NCBI RefSeq assembly: GCF_006345805.1
Contig: NC_043016.1
Span: forward strand, 7,998,001 to 8,062,000
Direction of reading: 5' to 3'
Source: Octopus sinensis
Lineage: Eukaryota
Length of the DNA: 64,000 bases
A program made the position numbers and the translations under genes. Shown here piece by piece: positions 37,389 through 48,949 of this stretch (position 1 is its first letter; every line of letters starts with the position of its first letter). Under the pieces are notes generated by a model that was not told the origin of the DNA, did no database searches, and saw only the letters and a program-made list of their open reading frames with translations.

Positions 37389-37887
37389 TGCTAAAGTGGA
37401 GTTTCAAACTAAGGATATATCTGTAAATCTGAGGTTCCACCGTCGCAGAGGATTCACTGATTATCGGAGCAGATGTAGCCTGGCTTTGAAGCGGGTTCTA
37501 GATACCCGACTCCTATTGGTCTTTCAGCACGCCTGGATATTAACCCGAATTTTTTTTAGGGCCCTTGCTAGTGCTACATCAGATTCAACCATCCTTTTAA
37601 GTTACTTTCTGAATTCAAAATCCGGTGTATATCGTATTTTCGTCCATCTAAGGTTGATAAAATGAATAATAGCCTACGACAAAACCCCTTATTTACATCT
37701 TGCAGAAATAGCAGCTAAATCTTCCTCAGATTACACACACCTTTGTCTTGAACAACGGAAGGAGAAATTAGGAAATGATGTTCCGGATGTACAAAAAAAT
37801 TGGGTTATCATGGCTTGGAAGCGTTTGATCATACGTCTGCTTGTCCAGGGCCGATTTGGTAGACCGATCAACAATAGTTACAAATAT

Positions 37888-38055
37888 ATATTTCTTTACT
37901 ACCCACAAGGGGCTAAACACAGAGAGGACAAACAAGGACAGACAAACGGACTAAGTCGATTATATCGACTCCAGTGCGTAACTGGTACTTATTTAATCGA
38001 CTCCGAAAGGATGAAAGGCAAAGTCAACCTCGGCGGAATTTGAACTCAGAGCGTA
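37888..38055 (-). mobile_element. SINE family A, partial
   Basis: Core and 3' part are conserved. Confidence 0.85.
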
Positions 38056-38537
38056 GTTACAAATATATGCCAGTAAAAACCTGTACACCCGGCCTTATCC
38101 TATCACTATTAGAAGAGTTATATTATTTTCTTAATTCGCATGATGATATTGTATTCATTATTATATTTACGAGATTTGTAAGAAAAATGCTGTGAAGTTC
38201 AGATAAATGGTTTGAAAATGATTTAAAAGCAGATATTTGAAACATCTACATACTATAGAACTAAATAGTTGTAGGACATTATTATCTATTTTTTTTTTTT
38301 TTTTTTTTTTGCTGTTATTCTTTAGCCGCAGGTCAGCCGCGATCGATCTCATTTATGATCAAAGGAATTCCAACGGTAACTTCCTTTGTCAACTTGCACT
38401 GTCAGAAAATTAACAGGTGAAACCATAGATTACACACGTGAGAAGAGTGTAACCAACAAACGGCAACTATTATTCTCCTATTAACTATAAACCTCGCCAT
38501 CCACCCCTCCCACACGCAGACACAAGCGCGCGTGCAT

Positions 38538-38918
38538 TTAAAATAATTTCCCCGAAACTAAACACTTTTAATCTTCGTATACCGGTAGAATGTGTTTATA
38601 AAACATCTTTTTCTCTTGGCTTTATTGAGAAAATTCTATAGTTTGTAAGATATTTGTTGTTTTTTTCTTCAATTTCTGCAATTTCAACCAATCAATGACG
38701 TCTATTTTAGGTGAAAACATTCTGTGCCGTATGAATATGTCCCTCGTTTAAGAAACAGATTGGGTTTATTTACATTTGTGAAGAAAAAAAGATACTCTTC
38801 CCCCCATCCCTAACCCTAAAACAGATTGAAATGCAATAGATCGATACTAGGGTCATAATTATGGGTGACAATTTCATGACACCGCTAGAAAAAACTGCCG
38901 TTCAAACCGAAAAGATCC
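38538..38918. mobile_element. MITE family M1, copy 6 (left TIR lost)
   Basis: Body plus intact right TIR ending AAAAGATCC. Confidence 0.88.
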
Positions 38919-39718
38919 AAAAATTCTTTCATTTTGTTTTATTGACTGTCGCAATCTACTGGGTGTTTCTTTTTTCCTTTCTTCTTTACATATGTGTTAT
39001 ATATTTAGTAATTACATTACATATTATGCAGTTTGTGTTTTTTATGTGCGCTATCCCTCCGGTCTGCGCTGAAATTGCCTAGCATGAAATGGAGTCGCAG
39101 TGCAAAAGCGGTTGGAGACCATTGTATTACATGACCGATTACTTTATTTTATCGATCCCGAAAAGTCGGTGATACCAGCGGGATTTGAACCTAGAAAGTA
39201 AAGGAAACGTGTCATTTCTGTCTGTCTATCTGTCTGTGTGTGTGTGTCTCTCTCTCTCCGAAAAAAAAGTTTTGTGTGAGGACTTCGTCTGATTAAAAGA
39301 AAAAATTGTATATTATTTTATCCATATAGAGAAAATCCATATTTTTTGAACAGGCAAACGTGTGTGGTAAGAATATACGCAATCATGGCTTACATCCCCG
39401 TAATTAAGCAGTTTGGCAAAAGAATCATTGACATTTAAAAAATGGAGTTAATTTGTGCGGCCCTTCTAGGCGGTACCCCCAGCATGGTTTCAGTCTAATC
39501 TCTGGGACAAGTAAAACAAGAAAATGGCAGTAAGGCTACATGATAGTGGTATCAGATGTTGCATGCACACCACCATATAACGTGTTTTTCTTTGCTTTCG
39601 TTTTATTTTGACATGGACATTGTGTTTTTTTTTTCCGTTTTACGAATTCAGTGTGCACAATCGCATTGCGTGTTCATACTTCGTTTTCCGGCTCCTACTC
39701 AAAACTGTTTACAGATCA

Positions 39719-39771
39719 CAACCATCTCACGAACCTGCGTTCGTGAGGAGCGCTTCGCGCTCCGATGGTTG
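39719..39771. other. Perfect T-shaped (three-way junction) palindrome
   Basis: CAACCATC/GATGGTTG, TCACGAAC/GTTCGTGA and GGAGCGC/GCGCTCC, with no unpaired junction bases. Confidence 0.85.
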
Positions 39772-42324
39772 CGAAAATGTAGAAAGTTAACAAGAAAAGT
39801 TTGTGAAACCACGCCGTTCGTTAGGCGTAACGGCAATTTCACCACCACCACCACCATTATTAGTGGTCATAGTATTCAAACCTTAAATCTTACTACCATT
39901 AAAATGAATAAATAAAAGTACACATTGCTTCTTGTAATCCTAGATAAATTGTTAGAAAATATGATTGAGATGGTCATGATTGGAACCCTTTTATTATAGT
40001 TCTTTCTAAACCAATACCAAAATGAGCAGCTGTTTTGAACAAACAATTTTAAAAATTGACTATATTTTACACATATATACATGTGTGTCTGTGCGTTTAA
40101 AAATTTTTTTTTATATAAAACAAATATGTATACATACTGAAGTTTAATTAAAAACAAATGGATATGCAACATGTATGCTACCAGCCTGTCATTAGCCAGC
40201 TGATGCCATTTATGAGAGAATGGATCCACTGTGGAACTCTCGCAAACAACACCTCGAAAAACGTGTTAAAAATAGCAGACAAATCTCCCTCAAATTGCAA
40301 GAGCTCTGCCGTTTTAGATATTTTTGCCTATCCAAGGCATTTTCAAAAGTTTGTTCTAAACATCCATGCTTGCTTTTAGACTGTTAGTCAGCCCTTGTTT
40401 CGTGCGTTCTGGGTAACATAAAACTTTCCTTTACAGAAATCCTCAGTTACTCTTGGTGGTGAGTAAACAAATGGAAATGTGTATCGAATATGATGCACCG
40501 AGCACGGATGCCTGGGAAATATGTCCTGTGTATTACATGTGATGCGCAGGACAGCAAAGGGTTAAAAATAAAGATACATACACTAGGTTTTCTTCGGGGC
40601 ATGTTACATTTGCCACCTGATACCGTTTGCGAGAAAGAGAGAGCCTCTAGCGCTCTTTATATAAATTGCACATGAGATCTGTTAGAAATGAACAAATCTC
40701 ACTCAAATCGACTTGTTTACTATCAATCCTACATATATATATATACTCCTAAAAAGCGACACGATGGTTAACGTTGCTCTACCTATGGCTATAGATTCAT
40801 TCAATAAGGGTTGATTTGGATCTAAACACAAACATCAGCTTAAATCTGTGGGACAATGAGAATAACTATATCACAGTTTATGGGAGCCTCAGATTTTTGT
40901 GGGCTGAGACAAATCTTAAAAGAAAAAAAAAATTGACGGGCGGATTGATTTTGGGTTATTTTTTTCGTATCCAATTTACGATGCAAATTGGTTTGGGACT
41001 GGAATTAGATTAGTGTTGCGACTTACGCAACGAGATGATCACGGCTGGACAGTTCTAGCTTAGTTGGAAGTTTGTGTTATATTATTGACTCATAATACGC
41101 CAAACAAAAATGAAATAGCCGTTATTTGTTCTTCTCGTTCTTACTCGTTTCGTCATTAAAGTGTGGTCATGCTGGGCCACAGTCTTAAGGGTTTAGTCGA
41201 ACAAATCAGTTTGTTTGTTTTTAATAAGTCTCACTCGTTTGCCGAACTGTTAAGCTTCAGGGACGCAAAGAGACCGATACTTGTTGTCAAGCAGTGGAGG
41301 TGGAGAACACAAGAACACACACACATATAACAAATATGTATAAACCCATACACATAACATGTATATGTGTATACACACTTACACACATGTGTATATACAC
41401 TCATACGACGGGCTTCTTTTTAGTTTCCATCGACCAAATCCACTCACCAGGATTTTTGATCGGTCCGGGGTAAAAGTAGAAGTCATTTGCCCAAGGTGCC
41501 ATGCAGTGGGAGTGAACCCATGACCACACAGCGTGGCGGTTATATAAGACGTATTAAAAAATTTTTTTCAGAACGTTAAATCTGGGATATTCCTTAAATC
41601 TAATTCCTCCGTCCCATATCTTGTGTATTGAAGTGTGACTTCACTTGATGTAGTAGTTGAAGAGGGTCCTTAGCTCCCGTGATGATGGTCATATTAGTAC
41701 ACCTTATCTCGCTGTTGTGCGTGCGTGTACCATTTAAGTGCGGGAACGAAATTTACTTGGGTACGAACCCAGGTCCTAAATATTTTACCAACAAGGTCGA
41801 TTTTTTTTTTTCAGTCAAAATAATCACAGGTATAATAGTAATAACAGTAATTTTTATTGTATTTGTGCATTAATCTAATCAGACGAATCCAATAATGGGA
41901 AAATTAATGTTTCAAATCAATCCAAAACTGTTTCTACACTCGTTCGTTTTGGCAATGAAGCTTTTAAGAGGATCTTCAAAGCGTTTTAATTGCCCCCACA
42001 CACACACACAATAACGGTGTATGTTTGCACTTCTTTGCACCTTCTGTTCCCGCGCCAGTAACGGGTACGTATTTGTGTGTTTGGGTCACGTTCCAGTTTG
42101 AGCGTTTTATGAAAGATTTTTGTTTCTTTGTGTTTGTTGGTATGTCTCAAAAGTTAACAATTAATGCTTACGGAGTTTTTTATCCGTTTAAAAAAAAAAA
42201 AAAAGGCTTTCTGTTTCGATTCCGGTTTGTTTTCATTTTTTTCTCTTTCTCCCAACTTCTTCCGCTGGGTTTTATTTAGTCATTTACGAGCATGATTATT
42301 TCTTAATTGTCTTAAATCTTTCAG

Positions 42325-42409
42325 ATTAATACTGTTTGACTTGGTGAAACCGATATTCTTTGGTATTCGTAGTCGCATTCTCCCTTCGGAGGGCCACAAG
42401 CAGGGGGAA
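42325..42409 (+). CDS. Candidate exon, phase 2 to 0 (LILFDLVKPIFFGIRSRILPSEGHKQGE)
   Basis: Acceptor aaatctttcAG, consensus donor AA|GTAAGT, and only one open frame. Protein not recognised. Confidence 0.5.
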
Positions 42410-42714
42410 GTAAGTGATGGTGACGGGGGGATATTTTAAATAGGGAAACAAATCGCACATAATCACTTGGACGATCTCTCTCTCTCTCTCTCACACACAC
42501 AGTCATGTGTACACGCACACATACGCACACCACTTCACAAGCATGCTGGCACATGTACACATACGTCCACTTGCATGCTTGCACACACGTTCCCGCATGC
42601 ACTCTCACACGCATACCCATAGTCACTTGCGTACTCAGACACACGCGTCAGGTTGTCTAGGTACCTATATCCTGGTGGATATAGACAGTATGGGGAGATT
42701 CAGAAAAACCACAA

Positions 42715-43283
42715 GGCGAAGTTTCGTTTGTCGTAGCACACGTTTCCGTCGATTTCCGTAAAAAACTTTTATTTTTTTACATATGGCTTTGCGGGAATAT
42801 TTGAAGTAATGAGAGCGAAAGAGACTAAGAGGAAGCGATTTTATGACGAGGGAATTTCTTTTTGAAGTCCCTGTGTGTGTGTTTGATGGGGTGTGGGAGA
42901 CAGACAGTATGTTGTGTAAGTGAAGTGCTTCTGTTAGTGTGTGCGAAGAGACAGAGAGAGTAATGTGTGAAAGAGAGAGATAACTGAAATTTTTTACTCG
43001 GTGTATGTATCTGTGTGTGTGTGTATGTATATGTGTGTGTAAGTATGTATGGCCGATTCAGTGTAATTTTTTACTCGGTGTATGTGTATATGTATGTCTG
43101 CATGTATGTGTGTGTGCATATGTATCTATGTATGTGTGTGTGTGTATGTATCTATGTATGTGTGTGTGTGTATGTATGTGTGTGTGTACGTATGTGTGTA
43201 TGTATGTATATATGGCCGATTCAGTGTTTACATTTTTTATGGAAATCGACGGAAACGTGTGCTACGACAAACGAAACATTGCC
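42715..43283. mobile_element. Merlin-like MITE (family M2), ~50-bp TIR starting GGCRA, exact 8-bp TSD AACCACAA
   Basis: TSD at 42707-42714 and 43284-43291. The arm TTTCGTTTGTCGTAGCACACGTTTCCGTCGATTTCCRTAAAAAA has one mismatch. Confidence 0.88.
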
Positions 43284-43502
43284 AACCACAAGTTAGCGGA
43301 ATTAAAGGCGTCGACAATTTAAATGAAATGTAATGCTAAAATGATTTAGGTATCTTGTTTCCCAATCACACGGTTCCAGGTTCAATCCCACAATGTGACT
43401 CTTTAGGCGAGTGTCTTTTACTATAAGCTTGGGCCAACCAAAGTCTTGTGAGTGGATTAGGTAGACGGAAACTGAAAGAAGCCCATTGTGTGTGTGAGTA
43501 CA

Positions 43503-43695
43503 TATATAGGGAGAGTTTACGAAAAAAAAAAAAAAAAGACGAAGACAGGTGGTGTAGAAAACAAACAGATGTATTAGTATAGCGCTCAGGAATAGAAAAA
43601 GTCTTTTACGTTTCGAGCCTACGCTCTTCTACAGAAAGGCACACAGAAAAAACAAGGAGAGAAAAAAATGCGTGTTGTGGCTAACGATCTATCGT
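43503..43695 (-). mobile_element. Penelope-like-element-derived short repeat
   Basis: Carries the minimal hammerhead motif typical of PLE termini. A homologous fragment lies at ~51125-51183. Confidence 0.55.
43601..43639 (-). ncRNA. Minimal type I hammerhead ribozyme motif (core variant CUGUAGA)
   Basis: Minus strand: CCUUU-CUGUAGA-A-GAGC-GUAG-GCUC-GAAAC-GU-A-AAAG. Stem I CUUU/AAAG, stem II GAGC/GCUC, and a loopless palindromic ACGU stem III. Confidence 0.6.
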
Positions 43696-44237
43696 GTGTG
43701 TGTGTGTGTATTTATCCTTATTTAACATCCGTTTTCCATGTTGGCACGGGTTTGACAGGAGCTGACCAGGGCTGCTTTGGCATGGTTTCTACGGCTGGAT
43801 ACCCTCCCTAACACCAACCACTTTACAGAGTGTACTAGGTGCTTTTACTTAATACCGGGGTGGGTGCTTTTTACGTGGCACCAGCACTTAGGAGCCTTCA
43901 AGATTAGGGTTGCTCAGCTGGAGAGTGTTACAGGGGACAAGCCTGTATGCAAGGTCAACAATGCATTTACTTAGCTTGATGTATCGTTTCAGGTACAGCA
44001 AACCACCAGGAGTCTTGGTCCCTTGTCATCTATGTGAGTCCCAACATCAGTAGATCCTTTCTCACTACTTTGTTCCACATCTTCCTGGGTCTATCCCTTC
44101 CACATGTTGGGGGTGTATATATATATATATATATAAATAATAATAATTATTATTTGTGGGAATATTATTCCTAACTTACAGGGAAAAATTCAATTAGAAT
44201 ACTAAATCAAATTTCACAAAATATAATATATATGTAT

Positions 44238-44348
44238 AAAGTGTTATCAGATCTTTTATCAGGATGCTACTAACCTTTTTTGTATGTGTATATATATACA
44301 CATACAAAAAGGTTAGTAGCATCCTGATAAAAGGTCTGATAACACTTT
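44238..44348. repeat. 111-bp near-perfect spacerless palindrome
   Basis: Arms of ~55 bp with one mismatch and one homopolymer indel, centred on TATATATA. Confidence 0.9.
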
Positions 44349-45287
44349 TTAAAATAATTTTATTTAAAAATCACCTTCATATATATATATATATATATAT
44401 ATATGTCAAGAGGATGGGCACAAGATCACCTCCTCCAATTCCCCCTTCACCTCCTTTTTGTGTTGCAAGTTACTTGGTGACCCTGCCAGTGCTGGTGCCA
44501 TGTCAAAAGAGTATCCAGTGCACACTGTAAAGTGGTTGGAATTTAGAAGGGCATCCAGCTGTAAAACCATGCCAAAACAGACCTCACATGTGGTGGTGCT
44601 ATGTAAAAAGCACTAAGTCCACTCTGCTGGGTGGTTGATGTTGGAAAGGGCATCCAGCAACGGAAGCCATGCCAAAACAGATACAGAAGTTCGGTGTAGT
44701 CTTCTGCCTGACTAGCCACTGTCAAACTGTCCTACCCATGCCAGCATGGAAAGCGGATGTTAAGCAATGTTGATGACACAGCTTGGATTTCAATCTGTCT
44801 AGATAGATATACACACTGCACTATTCTATGCATATCATATATATATATATATATATATATCTATATTACTGGGTGTAGATAATGTATTCATTCAACCACA
44901 AGCTTATATATATAGATCAAACAGAATTGAGACCATTAACTCCACCCTAGTATCATAAGTACAATTAAAGGAGTGTCCATTAGAGAGTTTCCAACAACAC
45001 CAAAGAGTTTATTTCCTTCCTTTCTTTTGTGTTGGTGTGAAATATTGTTTTTCTACAATGTATAAGGAGCCGAAAATGTCAAACAAATCTTTTGTTTTCG
45101 TGATTTTTAAAAGTCAGTACTTTGAACGTCATTTTTTTTTATACAATGTATGTGATATGTAAAATAGCATGCAAACACACACACACACAAGCACACACAC
45201 CCACAAACTCACACACATGCACATACACACAAACTCACACTCACACATACACACATGTACTACACTTTTTAGTTATTGAATATGCGT

Positions 45288-45553
45288 GGGGGGTGCAATG
45301 GCCCAGTGTTTAGGGTGGCAGACTTGCGGTCGTAGGATTGCGGTTTCGATTCCCAGACTGAGTGGTTGTGACTGTTTATTGAGCGAAAACGCCTAAAGCT
45401 CCATGAGGCCCCAGCAGGAGGTGGTGCTGTACTCTTTCACCACAACTTTCTCTCACTCGCTCTTTCTCCTGTTTCTGTTTGTACCTGTATTTCAAAGTGC
45501 CAGCCTTGTCACGCTGAATCTTCCCGAGAACTACGTTAAGGGTACACATGTCT
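45288..45553 (+). mobile_element. tRNA-derived SINE family D (3'-truncated)
   Basis: TGGCCCAGTGT (A-box-like) and GGTTTCGATTCCC (B box). Its CTAAAGCTCCA segment resembles family E. Confidence 0.65.
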
Positions 45554-45559
45554 GGTTCA

Positions 45560-47135
45560 TATTGATGTAGCATTTGTTGAAATCAAGTGTGGAAAACAAC
45601 ATCCATCACGTGCTGTCCATTTTCATTGATGCATTTCTGAAGGCATCCTTGGAAGTTGGTCTCCACTCTCTCCAGCATTGCTCTGTCAATTTGGGTGACT
45701 TCCACGTGAATAGCTTTCTTCAAATTGTCCAGTATACGGGGCTGATGCACGTACACACATGCCTTGAGGTTTCCCCACAAGAAATAATCACGCATGGACA
45801 AATCAGGGGACCAAGGGGGCCAAAGAATGTCAGCAAACACTGGAAATGAGGAAGTCACCAAGTAGTGAGAGCGTAAAATGTCAGTTGATGCCTTGACTGT
45901 GTGGACCACACCACATCAAATAGGTATAATTTTTTCGTCATAATTCAGGCACAAAGAAGTTGTTTATCATCTCAATGTAACGCTCAGAGTTCACAGTAAC
46001 AGAATTTCCGTTATTGTCTTCAAAAAAATCAAACACCAATGATGGCAGCTTTTCAACAGCACACTAGACCATCACTTTTGGGCTGTACAGTGGTCTTTGT
46101 GCAGTTCTCTAAGATTTTCCAGAGCCCAGTAACAACCATTTTCTTGATTCACCATACCATTGAGATGAAGATGATCTTCATCATTCATTAACAAAATGAG
46201 GTTATCATTTGCCTCAAAAATTGCTTCCATCTGATGTGCAAAGCTAAGCCGCTGTGCATAATAATTCCATGGTTTCAACTGTTTCTCAAAGACCAATTTG
46301 TCCAAGTGGAAATGCAGATCTTCTTGCAAAATACACCTTTCGATTACCAATGCCAAGTTAAGTGGAATGCCTCCAAACAGAGTGATTCAGTCTCTGTATC
46401 AAAACTTGTCTGATGCAGTTCACATTTTCCAGGGTCTGTACCATTCATGAGTCCCCCTTCGGTTCTCTGTTCATTTGTGTACCTCACATAAAAGTGAATT
46501 TACCGAATGTAAGATTGTGTTACGGGTGGGAACAGCCTGATTTTGGTGAATGTTGAAGTGGCACCAAAACTCACGCTGAACTTCTATGACAGACTCATTA
46601 TTCTTCACCGAATCGTGGCCGATGCCGCGCGCCTCGACTGGCTTCCGTGTCGGTGGCACGTAAAAAGCTCCATCCGAATCGTGGCCGAAGCCAGTGCTGC
46701 CTCGACTGGCTTCCGTGCAGGTGGCACGTAAAATGCACCAATCCGATCGTAGCTGTTGCCAGCCTTGCCTGGCACCTGTGCAGGTGGCACATAAAAGCAC
46801 CCACTACACTCACGGAGTGGTTGGCGTTAGGAAGGGCATCCAGCTGTGTAGAAACATTGCCAGATAAGACCGGAGCCTGGTGCAGCCTTCTGGCTTCCCA
46901 GATCCCCGTCGAACCGTCCAACCCATGCTAGCATGGAAAACGGACGTTAAACAATGATGATGATATAACTGTCATAGCCAATTATGCGAGGCTCTATCTT
47001 CCACTCCACCATGGCTTCACCTGAAAAGAAATGTTAAGACATCATGGACCGAATGGTACCTGTCAGACATATGTCTCTTCCCCTGGGACTGAGTAATAGC
47101 CATTTCCAAAATGTCTGTCCTCTCTGCACCACCAT
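45560..47135 (-). mobile_element. Decayed Tc1/mariner transposon (DUF4817/Tc3-like transposase, DD41D-like); pseudogene 47012 to 45583
   Basis: Start MVEWKIEPRIIGYDSY, then the SINE insertion, then VKNNESVIEVQREFWCHFNIH...; LMNDEDHLHLNG (first D); WPPWSPDLSMRDYFLWGNLK...; C-terminus GQHVMDVVFHT*. The second-D segment is deleted and there are stops and frameshifts. A 5' TIR-like sequence lies at ~47100-47135. Confidence 0.9.
46609..46964 (+). mobile_element. SINE-like family C inserted antisense into the transposase between codons Y16 and V17
   Basis: Removing 46609-46964 restores an in-frame GACAGTTAT|GTGAAG on the minus strand. Confidence 0.9.
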
Positions 47136-48486
47136 ATATATATATGTATGTCTATGTGTATGTGTGTGCGTATATATATATGCGTGTATATATATGTGTG
47201 TGTGATATATATATATATATATATATTATATATTATATACAATATACACACACACACACCCATATATATATATATGTATATACACACACACACATATGTA
47301 TATACACACACACATATATATATATAAGTATATATATGTGGGTCGATGAGTCTAGGTGTATGGAGAGAGAGGTAGAGGGGATGTAATGATGTCTATTATG
47401 AATATCCTAATAATTAGGCCTGAAGAAATCTCAGAGGAATGTTTATTATATAGATACAAGTACAATATTATCTGTGTGATTAGTATGCAAAAACTTCCAG
47501 GGCTATTTAGAAGCTCCCAATAATAATAAGATCATTTGATTGAAATTTAATCTTTGAGTCAAGATATTCATTTCCTAAGTGTAATTGACTACAAAGAAAA
47601 TAGTCTTATTTATTATTATTATTATTGTTATTATTATTATTATTATTTATTTTATTAGAATTCTTGGTGAGTGGGGGGATGAGCTGTTGTGATGTTCATA
47701 CGTTTTCCCCGGTGCAGTGGAATTGAAATAGATATTTCGTTTTAAAATGATGTTGTTGAAAATTAGTGGCCTGCCAAGCAAGCCTTGATACACATATATA
47801 TATGTGTGTGTGTGTATTGTACACATTATATATATATATATAATATATATATGTATATGTGTATGTATATATATATGTGTATGTATATATATATGTGTAT
47901 GTATATATATATGTGGTGTGTGTGTGTATATGTACACATAATATATATATATATATATATATATATTGTATATGTGTATGTATATATATATGTGTAGTAT
48001 ATATATATGTGTATGTATATATATATGTGTGTGTGGTGTGTGTATATACCCACCTTCTTGCTCTCTTGCAAAATCTTACTGCAGTTACATTAAGAAAGTG
48101 AAGAGGATGTTTAAAACCCAACAAACAAGATACAATTTTCTTTCTATTGTTTTTGATTGTTCTTTTTTTTTATTGTTTTGTTTTCCTGTTTATATATCTT
48201 CTTGTTTATGTGTTTCTCGCTTGCTCTCTATCTTTCTATTTCTCTCTTTCTGTTTCTATTTTTACTCCCTGTTTTGTTTCTCAGTCTATCTCTCTCTCTC
48301 TCTCTCTCTCTTTCTCTGTGTCTGTCTCTGTCTTCTTGTCTCTCTCTCTATCTTTTTGTCTTTGTTTATATTTCTCTACCTCTCTCTTTTCCTTTCTGCC
48401 TCTCTCTCTCTCTCTAGCTATGCTTTTTCTCTCTCTCTCTCTAGCTATGCTTTTTTCTCTCTCTCTCTTTCTCTCTAGCAAGCTAT

Positions 48487-48523
<37 letters not shown>

Positions 48524-48636
48524 TTGTCTTTGTTTATATCTCTCTACCTATCTCTTTTCCTTTCTGCCTCTCTCTCTCTCTCTATTTTCCTTTTCTGTGA
48601 GTTTGCCTTTCTCTCTCTCTCTCTCGAGCTATGCTT

Positions 48637-48673
<37 letters not shown>

Positions 48674-48913
48674 CACACATGTCAACAGACTCCTCATCAT
48701 CATAGCCACCATCACCTGCGATGCCGCTTTTGCCAATGTTGGTGTTGTGCATGTCAGCAGCACAGAATCAGCAGAGAGCTGCATCCTTAAATAACTGATG
48801 AACTTTTCATTAACATTCTTCTTTTAATCTACTTGTTCACATCTGCCGCTGCCATGTTAGCAACAGGCTTCTTTCTTGGCTCTCAGGACTCTCCATTATA
48901 ATTTGCACGCGCG

Positions 48914-48949
<36 letters not shown>

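Noticed and set aside
37390-37665. ORF 37363-37665 and minus-strand peptides as a gene or retro-copy
   Set aside because: The ORF starts inside a MITE TIR, the minus frames contain multiple stops, and there is no recognisable domain.
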